Notes: generated by a model from the sequence alone, not told the origin. DNA of 64,000 nt from Tubulanus polymorphus (GCF_964204645.1 NC_134030.1:6552778-6616777); one strand, 5' to 3'; numbered from the stretch's first letter, positions 23,737 to 35,500 are shown. Made by a program: numbers and translations.

Positions 23737-25013
23737 TCACGGATAACCAATATAGTCAATTTGCCTGACAAAGACTCCGTTCATATTCGGATTTGGTTTC
23801 TTTGATTTTTCAAAGAAACCGCATAATTTTGATGCTTGATTGAATGAAACCGCGTGACAAGTTCTGTAGTCTCTGCTGCATGCATCTGTGCAGTGAAATA
23901 GTGAAGGACTGATAAAACTTTGAGTTTTCGCCACACCACTGCTGACTTTCTTCGAATAGGTATAATCTACAAGACGAGAAGACAGAATATGGTTCGCTAT
24001 CTCCGGAAAATTATGGACACTTTAAAGACCTTTTAACATGAATAATATTTGGTAGAAGAAATAATTTTGTGAATGAACATGTAATCAAGATGATGCGTTG
24101 ATTGTAAATCAGCCGTCGCGAGGAGAAATTTGGACGAAAAGACTATCCATTTTTGAGTCTCAACATGATTTCCAAGTTGTGAATATTCGAAAAGCTTTGA
24201 ATCTTTTTTACGCATGTGTTCTAATTACCTCTGATCTGTAAAGGTGCACTTTCAACTTTGATCTCACATAATGATAAATCCGAAGTTTCTTTTGGCTTCG
24301 TGATGATCAAGTAACGTCCCATAGCCAAAGAACAATCCAATTTCCTAGTTTCGGCATTTTTAAATGGATTTGTTTCGTAATAGCAAAGGTCTCCGTTTGG
24401 AATTGGTGGCGCTGGATAGTCCGTCAGAATTACACTTAATTCCCTCAATCGGTCTCCTGTAAGTAGTTAAAATTTCAAATATAGGCTACGTAGTATATGT
24501 AGCGATATTAAAAAAGCGATTAATCTTTGGATGGAATAAGACAATCTAAAATATTTCTTACCACAACAATCGAACCTGCTCGTTATGGACACTGATGCAA
24601 CCCTATATGCAATTCCTAAATCTATCTGCCACCAGGGATCCGTAGTGCTAGAGGAGTAGGCGCATGTTCTTGGATTGTTATCAAATGCCCATTCGGCTTC
24701 CCCCAGAAAGTCATTGATTTTTCGCATTTTGCTGAGTGATGACGATTTACCAATCAAATCGATGTATTGAACGCATTCAATGACTGTATTGGTCAAGGAC
24801 GAATAAAATATCAAAAACATATTTTCCGTTAAAATTACCGATGATATTTCATGAATTATATTTGGTTGATATATTATCATCTTATTCGCAAATAACTAAA
24901 CGTGGTATTTTCATTTTCACTTGAAATAGATTAATTTTTTCCAATGTTAAAATTAATTTCTAACCTGTTAAAATGTAGACATAACAAATCACAGCACCGA
25001 CTATCCGAGACAT
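23737..25013 (-). CDS. Gene 3: tandem paralog, F-type lectin domain + PAN/Apple domain protein
   Basis: Exons 25013-24965 (MSRIVGAVICYVYILT), 24783-24562, 24456-24229, 23966-23737; same intron positions as gene 2; RFDCCGDR, LSLCEI. Confidence 0.93.
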
Positions 25014-25589
25014 TGTTCGGCAATATGAAGCCGATTGCGCTAGATATTTCGACACGCCAGGATGCATTTTGAAAGCAGCCCGTTTTGAACAACTCTTGCG
25101 AATACTTTACAATTACGTATATACGTAGGCAATAGCAGTCGTCTTTCAAGAGTGCTTGAATAAAAAACATTTAACGTGTGTATCCTTACTCGCACTCTCG
25201 AATTCAACCGGATGAGACACACAATTCAAACCTTTCGAGCAAATCTATCATTGAAGTAGCAGAGTATAGTCACACTCTGACGTGGAGAATAGATAGATAA
25301 TAAGATAAAAACCCCAAAATGTACAAATTAAAAGAATTTTAAAATCGAGAATCTATTTAGTCAAAAACACGTGAAAATGATTTGTTTTTCCACGTATATG
25401 AAAACAAAATTAGTAAGACTTTGGAAAAAACAATCATTCTAAACCACACAGTTGGGTCTGCTTGAATTGCTCGTTACTCGGATATTAGCATCAATTTCAG
25501 TTTTTCTCCGTATCATTCCCTTCTTTACTTGCTAACCGCTAATCTGTTCGGCCCTGTGTATTTACCCCTCGTTTAAAGGTTATTCCCTC

Positions 25590-25631
25590 ACACCTGACGT
25601 TGATCTCTAATGAGACTTCGAAACGTCGTGT
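25590..25631 (+). ncRNA. Degenerate Penelope-type minimal type I hammerhead ribozyme
   Basis: acac-CTGACGT-t-gatctc taat gagacttc-GAAACGTC-gtgt. Stem I acac/gtgt, GUC cleavage triplet, A9 replaced by T, AATAAA at 25653. Confidence 0.55.
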
Positions 25632-26737
25632 CTTATGATTTTAGATTTGATAAATAAAATTCGTTTTTATTCTGTTAAATTCTTTTCGAACGCGCTCTCT
25701 GACTAATTAGGCACGGGCCAAATCGTCTCCGTGTGATCGCGGCTATTGAATCCTTGCTTGCCAGGGTTTGATTGCCCCCGCCGAAGCTTACACCAATGCC
25801 TGATTTAAGTTCCTAGTGACCAATAAGTGCCAAACAGGTCATAAACAGGAGCTTCCATTGTTCGAACCCATTTCATTGGTCCAGGTAATTGTTATAGATT
25901 TAGTGACGACATCATATGTAAACCCTTGAAAATATTGGCAATACCGCTCTGAGATTACCAGTGATGCGGACGCAATGGATGAGTCAGGCAACCTCTGCTG
26001 AAACAGTGACGCCACGAAAAACACCAGAGAAATACTATAAAGGACATATTCAACATATCAAGAACTAATTTTTATTATAAGCACCGAGTACTAACAAATA
26101 TAGGTGTATTCCATAAAAAAGCATCTGTTTTCATATGTACATGCATCATAATGTTAAAAATTCATAGCGTAGAAATGTCATGTGCTTCGAAACAGGCGGC
26201 CCAACTTCACCGCATGGCATTTTACATTCAGTATCATCTTATCTAACATCTCTACACTCACCCCTCAAACTAAAACATCATTTCAAAACCATTCACTTCA
26301 AATAAAACAGATTGAAACAAGTGTTATTTACAATATGGAAATCTCTGTTGTTTCGACAAGTCGTGAGCGTCCAAGAAAAGATATAGACGAAAAAAACAAT
26401 ATTCGTTGATAAGATACATCCAGATATATATACATTGTATCATATTTCATGAAGATCACGAAGAGGCACGAAGACCCGCATGCGTGGGACATCTTTCCTT
26501 ATTAATATGTATGAATCGCATGCAAATATTTTTGGAATGGTGAAAAGTTTCTCGAATAGTGAAAAAAGGTTTAAATTTCATCTAAGCAGATGAAACCGGA
26601 CAGATTATCACAGGGTCAACAAGCTGAAACCCGAATTTATTTTGACCAACATCATCGTTGTTATTTGAAACATATATCAATATCACATGAAAAGTTATAT
26701 CGAATAGATTCGTTGTTTTTAACGGATAGGGTGTATT

Positions 26738-28510
26738 CTATAGGATCAGTGTGATCGGTGTCTCGGTTGTCGCCCCTGACGACATATCACGCATATGCAT
26801 CTGTGAGTGGATATCTTCGTGTCGGCGATGGGTCGACCTGTAGTTGAACGGAGGATGCCCGCCGCCAGGAATCCCGACGTGCGGTATTTCAGACCTGTAC
26901 TGGTTATAACCGGGGTGAAACATATCTCCACCAGTCGCCCACGGGTTGAAATTAACGTGTCTGAATTCGTGGTCGGCCGGTTTCGTCGTGCGAGAGTCCC
27001 ACGTATCACCGTGTACGTTACTGGTTAAAAGATCACTATCCACGGAGCTCAGTGTGCTGATGGACGGCCTTCGTTGACTTTTGAATTTGGATGCGTTTGT
27101 CATTTCTTTCATGAGATTGGGTACAAATTTGGCTTGGGTGTTCGGATTTGGCATTGATATTTCTGGTTTGGGTTCGTTGCGGTGGACAATGCCCGGTTTC
27201 TGAGATGTGGTAGGTGGTGGGTTTCGGGGTTTAGTAGCTGGAGGGTTATGGATGATGGGCTGTTTTCTCGGTTTTGGTTTTGGAGGTGGTGCTGACTGAG
27301 GTTTAGATTCGTTTGTACTCATTAATCGTTCTAACGTAGTGTTAAAACTTGTGTCAAATCTGGGTATTCTTCTGGATTGTTTCCCACCGTTAGTCCCTCC
27401 TAGTCCTGATGGATTGACAGGCTCCGCAAAGTGTTGAGCCCCCATCGGAAACTGACCGGCCGCTGCGGCAGCTGCTGCGGCATACTGCGGAGCAAACCGA
27501 GATGGACCAGGCATCGCATACGGTCCAGCGGGCATATATCCCCCAAACGGTGACTGCATAAATCCAGCCATAGGAGCGAATTGTGCATTGAGCGGTGGTC
27601 GGCGTATCGACTCGTCGTAATCCTGATGTCGGGTAAACCCGGGCAATTCCGGTGAATCCCGATTAATCTCTTCAATGTCATCTTCCCCGTCTGCGTCATC
27701 TTCGGTATCGGGGTTATAGGCGGCGTTATAGGAAATACCCCGAGTTCTGGCGTTCCATTCAGCCACGTGTTCGTGTAGCATTGCTTCGTTGAACATTTTC
27801 TTATATTCGGTGTAGTTAGCGTACCCAGGTGGTACCGGGCCAGGAACCATGCCCGGGTACCAGCTCATCATCTGACTCATCATTGCCGGATTCAACCGTT
27901 GCCCGAACATATTGAACGGATCGGTCGGGGTAAAGAATCTATAATCGATATTCGGAAAAGGCATGAAATTTCTGAAATCTCGAGGATCCATTACGACCCC
28001 TTGGTTGTGAGTGTTGCCTTCATCCAGTTCGCGCTCGATTGCATCGTAATCCGTGTCCAACAGATTCCCGTATTCGTCGTGGGCGTGTGAATCCTGCGAA
28101 TCTTGAGAATCCTGCTGATTCAACTGTCCCCCTTCACCGAGGAACCAATTCCCGTTACCCTGTTCTGACGGGTATAGAGTCTGATCGCGACGGGTCAAGT
28201 GGTGATCCAGCACCTCTGACGCTAACTGTTGTTGCCTCTCTTTCGCCGCCTGTTTTCTCACCGAATCCGATTTCACGATCGGTTTCTTGCCCTTTTTATT
28301 CTTGTCTTTCTTGTCCGATTGTCGTTTTCTGTCCGATTTGCGGATGTGGGTGTTTCGTTGTAACGTCGTGCCTTCGTATGGCTTAAAAGTGCTCATATCG
28401 GGTCGTCCTGTACAGCAGGGTAGGGTACACTGATGTCCAGCGGGATCGTGGGCAAAAACGCTTCCATCGTCACCGTAATACACGTCATGGCCGCCACCGT
28501 GCTTCCCTCT
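26738..28510 (-). CDS. Large terminal coding exon (~590 aa), low-complexity Pro/Met/Tyr/Gly-rich, probably disordered; alternative echinoid tail or separate gene
   Basis: 1.77-kb GC-rich open frame after a ttttgattttcag phase-0 acceptor; ends ETPITLIL*; minus-strand AATAAA at 26071-26076. The track's Met at 28588 lies inside a MITE. Confidence 0.85.
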   Translation of the reverse strand, partial: RGKHGGGHDVYYGDDGSVFAHDPAGHQCTLPCCTGRPDMSTFKPYEGTTLQRNTHIRKSDRKRQSDKKDKNKKGKKPIVKSDSVRKQAAKERQQQLASEVLDHHLTRRDQTLYPSEQGNGNWFLGEGGQLNQQDSQDSQDSHAHDEYGNLLDTDYDAIERELDEGNTHNQGVVMDPRDFRNFMPFPNIDYRFFTPTDPFNMFGQRLNPAMMSQMMSWYPGMVPGPVPPGYANYTEYKKMFNEAMLHEHVAEWNARTRGISYNAAYNPDTEDDADGEDDIEEINRDSPELPGFTRHQDYDESIRRPPLNAQFAPMAGFMQSPFGGYMPAGPYAMPGPSRFAPQYAAAAAAAAGQFPMGAQHFAEPVNPSGLGGTNGGKQSRRIPRFDTSFNTTLERLMSTNESKPQSAPPPKPKPRKQPIIHNPPATKPRNPPPTTSQKPGIVHRNEPKPEISMPNPNTQAKFVPNLMKEMTNASKFKSQRRPSISTLSSVDSDLLTSNVHGDTWDSRTTKPADHEFRHVNFNPWATGGDMFHPGYNQYRSEIPHVGIPGGGHPPFNYRSTHRRHEDIHSQMHMRDMSSGATTETPITLIL

Positions 28511-28562
28511 CTGAAAATCAAAATATAAATCTATGAATTCTATGCACACTTGAAATATGATA

Positions 28563-28702
28563 CAGTGAACCTCGCCGAACTGAGACATGACAACAACGAA
28601 ATCATTTTCTGATTTTCCTTAACGTATTTTTCAATAGGATTTACGCTTCACTTGGACCAATTGTGTCGGTCCCAGTTTGTCCGAGCTAGGCGAGGTATAC
28701 TG
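28563..28702. mobile_element. pogo/Tigger-like MITE with TA target duplication; relatives at about 5071-5207 and 53074-53215
   Basis: TA-CAGTGAACCTCGCC...GGCGAGGTATACTG-TA; the three copies share a gaccaatt..ggtccc core. Confidence 0.75.
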
Positions 28703-28940
28703 TATTTCTTTATCTTCAAAGCGCCTCGGATGAATATTATCTTTTCACTTGCTGCGTAATTCGGATCAATCGTTTTTAGCAATTGGATTTCGAAAATTAG
28801 TTTCTTTTCTCTACTAGGAAGAGTATATATTTCGAGTAATATTAGTTTTATGTCATTAAAAGATGTCTAGAAATACAAAATTCATTACCTGGTTGAGAAC
28901 AGGCATATTATCACAAATAGAACATCGAACGAAGAAGAAC

Positions 28941-29146
28941 AAAAAGAACTTCTGTCCTAGCCCTAGCCGGGATTCGAACAGGGTCGACCGTACCGGTTCG
29001 ATTCGCGGCAGACTCAATGTCATGTTAGAGTCCCTACTAGCGACGACGCGATCACTTACACTTGGTTCGAATCCCGTCAGATATTTGTGGAAACGAACAA
29101 CAGCAGTCTGAGCACATCACAGTAACACTGAGCCACATATAGAAGC
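28941..29146 (-). ncRNA. Structured Pol III-like element: tRNA-derived inverted-B-box repeat or vault-RNA-like gene
   Basis: A-box-like TGGCTCAGTGTTACT (29135-29121), B-box GTTCGAATCCC (28979-28969), T5 at 28945-28941, and a 12-bp perfect inverted repeat 28968-28979 / 29065-29076. Confidence 0.4.
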
Positions 29147-29529
29147 AACATTTAATTAAAAAACATCGAAAGACTAATCAAGAAAAATCAACACGAAACA
29201 ATAATAATTCTTAAACAATGTTCATTTCTTTTATTATTATTACAAACCAAAATGAACTGTTTATAAAAATACAAGTCGAACAAACATCATACACAGTCTT
29301 TATACAAACGAGTTGTTGCACAATAAAACAAACAATATACATTTCAAATATATATCTTTATATACATATATATAAATTATATCATATTCCACATTTTACA
29401 CATAAACACGTACTGATATTAGACATCATAAATAACTACCTTATTAGTTACGTCCTGGATGGAAATTCTGATGATCATTTACAAAAAAACTCCAGCATTT
29501 TACAGGAAGGATGATAGGGAGACAAGATA

Positions 29530-29685
29530 GGGGTCATTCATTTATTACATTAGGAGAGGGGGAGGGGTCAGTGCAATTGCGTACTGTAATGCTTCATGTA
29601 TACGAACAAATGGCCGATTTTGCGTACAGAGGGGGAGGGGTTGACAAATTCAAATTTTATGCATACGTAATGAATGGATGATCCC
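29530..29685. mobile_element. Harbinger-like MITE
   Basis: TIRs gggtcattcatttattac / gtaatgaatggatgatccc. Confidence 0.65.
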
Positions 29686-32455
29686 ATACAAGATTTGGTC
29701 AATATTGGTAGTAAAAAGTTAGCATCATAATCCTGGACCGCAGATTGGTCAGGTCCCAGTAGACTAACTGTGATGTAAGCCGCGATCACACACAGCGACA
29801 AGTTGGCCCAGGTCAAATTGGCACGGATCAGACCCAAGTCTAATTAAGCCCGTGCCTAGAGATCTTGAGCCAAACAGGTACAGGCCATTTGGCATCCATG
29901 TGAACAGTTGTTCCGAACAAAATTTGGCCCAGGCCAAAAATGCTCATGTAATTGGGGCTAATAAATGTATCGATAGTGCTGATGAGACATTTAGTCATCA
30001 ACAAATAATCACTAGTTTTTCATTATATTCTTTGGTATTAAATGGACCACAATGCACAATGGATTGCACCAAAACCGTAAATATGAATTCCGAATAAATG
30101 AATGGCGCTCTTATCATAGTCATAAAATCCATTTAAAAATTCAAAGAAAAACCATTGAATATAATATGAATCATAAAAAGGCAACTCTAAAAGAAAGATT
30201 TCAACTAGAAATACTAATAAATTGAAAGAATTGTAAATCTGAATTTGAAAAAAATAGTAATGGAAAAAATCTTTTTCCAAGTTAAAAACGTAGAATTTAG
30301 AACATTAAATTTTAAAATTCTGAACTAACTTTAAACCAAGCTGAATTTTGTGACACCGTGTGTTTATTCAAATAGGAAAAATAATATCGTATGTAGCAGG
30401 TTACATGAATTTCAGTTAAAATACATGTTTTGTATATAAAACTGTAATAAATCTAGTCCCTATTCAAATAGCACCATGCGTCAAAACGTATATAAAATAA
30501 TCTATTTATATTTACATTGTTTACATTATACCTATAGTTACATTTGACTATTTACATATTTATTTTTCTTGGGAGTGAAAAGATGAAAAGACTTGAAAAT
30601 CATCCCATATACGTACAAATATATCTTCAGACCAGGAAAGAGATTTGGATTTTAAAACCCAAGACCCTGTTCAATAGTTGTGAGTAAAATTTGACTGCTG
30701 ATTAAAATATTTAAAATCCAAACACAAGGGTCGAACTCTAACAACACTCAAACTAAGTTTTAAAACAGTACCCAGTCCCAGTGATTCGTGAACTTCGTTC
30801 ATTTCAAGTAAGAGCTGAACTAAAATTGTGGAGCTGGCACCAACATGCAGAGTAAAATAATTGAAGAAAAACTATTTCTTGGTATTGGAAGCTCCAGTTG
30901 ATATTGTAGATGACTGAATGAATGTATATATACAAATGAAGATGCGTACTTAGAAATTACATATTCACGCCAAACCATCTAAACCTATATCTATCATTGG
31001 TTACATTTTACAAAATCATACTATTCATCAATTTGATATGCATACTATGTTATAAATGCTTGTAAGGAAATAATCCTTTTTTCTCCTTAGCTGCTTATCT
31101 ATTATCTATAAGCCTAAACTAAACCCCCCAAACTAACACTATGGCATAATCTAACCCTTAAAACTGATATGTGTGAAATCATAACTTACATACGAAACAG
31201 TCCCATGATTTCAGAAACATTTAGCGTGGACGGTTTTGGAGATGAAGTTGATAATGAATTTGTTCTCGGGGGCAGATTGTGAAGGAAGAATTCTAAACAG
31301 CATTTGCCAGTGATTGCATGAATTCAATTTGATTTACTGAATACCATTGAATCTGTTGCCAAAGTTTTATATATAAATTCATGAACAATTTGTAACTATT
31401 TACTAACTATTTGCCATCGTTTACTGACCATAAAATCCTTTTAATCTTAGTTCTTCAACTAAATACTATACAAAATCATACATCATAAATATCCATTCAT
31501 TTGGTTCTTACACACAAATTGCACAATCTACCGTATATCTGATCATGATCGTGTAATCAGTTAGTACTTCTGTCTTTATACGGCATCGACAGTATCCTGG
31601 CAGATTTGAGTCCGATCAGCAGTCCACACGTTATTACCAACATGTCGCCATTCGTAGGTATATCGTAACTAGAAGATTTCTACGGGTACTTCTAAGCGAT
31701 AAAGAATGTTCCACAAAGCGACAGATTGTTTTGAACAGTTTGCGAGATGTTCGCCTGATTTTAGCAGCGTTTTACAACAAATGAACAAGAACTATTCATG
31801 CAACAAGTCTCACGTCTCGCTATGACCAAATTAGGCAGAGATGAATCCAGCAGCTTCCCAAAGGTTTAAATCATTTGAGGTTTTCATAACGCCTCATTTG
31901 ATTGACGCAACTTAATCAATCTAGTCCTGAGTTCAGCCAATTTTTTGTTTATCTCGAAGTAGACGCGCAAGTAGATCACAGTGTTTTCAGCACCATGAGA
32001 TACATCATAAATACCTATAATAGGTATCTGAAGGTTTACAGTAGTTATTTTGGCACATATTTGTACCCGGTCTCAATACACATACGATCTGTACTGTTTC
32101 TGAACTGTTTCTTTACACAGTTCTGTGATATATTTCAAACGTTACACACGAACGGATTTCGAAATCGCTCTTAGCTAAATTCTAAGCGATCCTTTTCGAT
32201 GTCAAAGTTCACACTTATCGTTTGATTTAGTCTCTAATCTCATATATTCAGTACTACCGGGAGCCGGTACATGAGCGCGCGACGGTATCGCCACCAGATT
32301 TGGTCAGCAGCTCGAGAGAGAGAGAGATAGAGAGAACATTTCGGTCATCATCACGACGGAAACACAGAGCATGCAACGATGACGACAAGAGAACCGTATG
32401 TGATTACATTGAGAGAGAGAGTTTGTGCGACAATTGAATATGACGACGACGGTCG

Positions 32456-32571
32456 CTACACGACCACTTCGTATATGACCTTTTTCGGTTTCGTCGGATC
32501 CGGAGTCGAATAGCCGCTCTCGTTAAAACTGCGCGAATCATCTCCACGTATTTCACCGTTAGAATCAACAG
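32456..32571 (-). CDS. ed: Gene 4 terminal exon (TVDSNGEIRGDDSRSFNESGYSTPDPTKPKKVIYEVVV*)
   Basis: tatttacag acceptor, phase 1; PDZ-binding EVVV end. Not in the ORF track. Confidence 0.9.
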
Positions 32572-35500
32572 CTGTAAATATACAAATAGAAACAGCTTAC
32601 ATTAGTAACTGAGTTTCATGAAAAAAAAAAAAAATACCGCACTTCGCGTTTAATGAGGTTCGAACCATGCATGTTTAGTTAGAAGCAAACGGTTTAAGCT
32701 AAATCTGATCCGTAACCCTCGCCCCAGGATGGTTCAACGCAAAGAAGCTATTTGAAAGAGTTCAAACAAAGATACCCGGAACTAATACAATACAAAAAAC
32801 ACAACAAACAGGTCGAAACAGAATTCAGTTGATTCAAACAAGAAAAGATAAACCGAATAGAGGTAAATTTCAACTAAAATCAGAAATAATTCTGAGACGA
32901 TTATTGAAATATGGAAATATCAAAGATTATTAAGCAGTAGCACAACACAGCAGTTCTATATATTCTGTACTTACTGTTATATTTTCCATTACGAAATGTG
33001 TCTGTAAAAGTGCGAAAGTGCAGAAAACATGAGTTAGAATCATAGTGCGACAGTTAGAAAGTTTACATAATTATTAGCTGGCTGAATAAACGGCGCGAGA
33101 GTTATCTGATTAACTTATTAGAATAGTAGACAGACTAGATGGTACGATAGTCTGTCTAGTTAGAACACACACAAACTGGTCGTTTTTATTGAACATCCAC
33201 AAATCAGTTGTCTCAATACATCAATGTTTGCAGTAGAGAATAGTAGCAAATAGCCAAATATCTATATAATAGTAAGTTTATCTCTGAAATTCTGATATGA
33301 GACTGACAGTGATTGCGTGGACTCAGTGAGGAGGTCGGGGAAGGGGGTTAAATTATTGCTGGTGTGTTGAGAAATGTGTTGTATATGGTACAACCATGAC
33401 TCACTGTCACCAATATCTTCTACATCTGTAAACATCAACATCATTCATACAAGTCCACGAGAAATATAAAATCAACCACCCCAGGGGGAGGGGGCTATGA
33501 TAATTCTGGAGAAGCTCTGACTGTCAAAACTCAGAAACAAATATGCAATTTCGGATAGAGACGTCTGTTAATAACTTAGTAAATGAAAAATCTTAGTAGG
33601 ATCATAGACAAACCATAGCGAACTATAGTATGTCTCTGAATATGAATTATTCTGAAGTATTCTTTGAACACATAAACTTTTTGTTAATACGCGATCAAAC
33701 TGTTTCAAACAATTAGTTGTGAGAAGATCTATACGATAATACTTACTGAATAGATACGGATCGTCTAATTTCATCACGTTGTCTAATTCATGTTCGTACG
33801 GTATTGAACCGTTAGGATAACCATTCATATGCCCATAACTACCATCTAAATACAAGTAAACAGAAATATGTTAGCAATTCAGTGAATATTCGAAAACACA
33901 AAACCATTTTAAATTCTATATCTGAGGTTGGCCAAACTAATGCTGGTTTCCAGTATTGGGTAAAACGCTTACGGTGGGTTCATAAGGGACACCAAAACAG
34001 AAAATAAAACGAATTCTACCAATCAAATAAACAACAGGGTCAATCCCTATTTTAAGATCAAAAACGCTTAATGATCTAAAACAATGACGATGTACAACTG
34101 CGAAGACACTACATCGAAAGCTGAATGAAGCGTTGCCTTTGCCTTATGGTGGTGCGCGTTTAATCCAACCCATAAGCTTACAGTGATATTGTTATGCCAC
34201 TCACCAAATACCCGGTACTTTCACGGGCATTAATTATATTTGATAATGATTTCGAAAGATTATTTTCAATCGATCTAAAAGAATCTATCTCTACGAGATG
34301 TAAGTAAAGTAATATAGAATAGAAATAGACAGATAGGAAGATAAAGTAATCAAGATAGATGATAAACAATTGACAAATATAGATTAGATAGAGATTATCA
34401 TAGACTTAAAGTCAATTATTTCAGATAAAAAGAGACAGACCAAATTTGATTGAATCATTAATTTAGGAGCACATGGACTAGGAAGCTTCAAGCAGTGTGA
34501 TCATTTGCTGTGCATAAGCTGCACAATAGAGTGATCGTAAGCAAAATAATGACCCGTCTCCACAATGAGTGAGGTTACAGAGACATCTTACTTTAATTCT
34601 TGAATTTCGATTGAGAAGGGGGTGGGGAACTGCGCATACAGTCTGCTATAGAAGACCAGAGCCCCGGGACTACTGACAGACTGCAGAAGGCGCCTGTATA
34701 AAGTATTGATTATGGTAACGGTGTACTCACATCCATTCATGTGCATATGATGATGATTTGGTTGTTGATTGTGGTGGTGGTGGTGGTTAGTGTGAAATAC
34801 AGTGGGATAATTCATACCACTACTGTCTATAGTATCTAAACCAGGATTATCTAAACCCTGAGGCTTGTTGAAACGCTTACTGCCATTTTGTAAAGGCACC
34901 GGCTTCGGACGTTGACTGAAACAGAAAAACGAAAGCGATTTAGAAATTTTCACACCGTCTTTTCTCCATAATTTCCAATTATCATTTTCTAATCGATACT
35001 TACTGCGCCGCTTCCGGATATTCTTTCTCCGGCTTTTTCCGTCTGCAGCAAACGACGATGAGAATGATGACGAGGATGATGACGACGAGCGCGCCGACTC
35101 CGGCGACGATGTAGATCGTTTGCGTCGACACAAGCGGAGGAGGTTCAACTACAATATATAGAAAACAGTCTGTCATATTACAGATAGAGAGATATAGAGC
35201 GTTGATTGTAATAATTGTGCCCAAGAGCCATATGAGGAAAATCTGCCTCAACTAGGGTAGGGGTACAATGAACCAACTACAAATGACAAAAGTTCTGAAG
35301 ACATAAATTCCAGTAAATATTCACAGCAGCCAGTTTCATAGACCGGTATCAACTTTCAGCCACAGGCTTACTCAATTGAAAATGAATTGAGTTAGTCCGT
35401 GAGTTAAAGTTAATACCTTTACAAGTCTGTAAAACTGGTCCCTGGTTTTTGATAAAAAATGCCTTCAGCATAAAAATTACCACAAATAAACCCACAACTT

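Noticed and set aside
26746-28386. Overlapping alternative-frame and antisense ORFs within the large exon
   Set aside because: Expected shadows of a GC-rich coding exon.
28511-28588. N-terminus of the 616-aa ORF as a real start
   Set aside because: The Met lies inside a TA-flanked MITE, and the segment reads as intron ending in a ttttcag acceptor.
29790-29960. Short degenerate ttggcccaggcc repeats as a CRISPR-like array
   Set aside because: Irregular units with no repeat-spacer periodicity, in a eukaryotic context.
32620-32740. tRNA gene (minus-strand GGTTCGAACC followed by a T-run)
   Set aside because: No cloverleaf or acceptor stem; at best a decayed tRNA-derived repeat.
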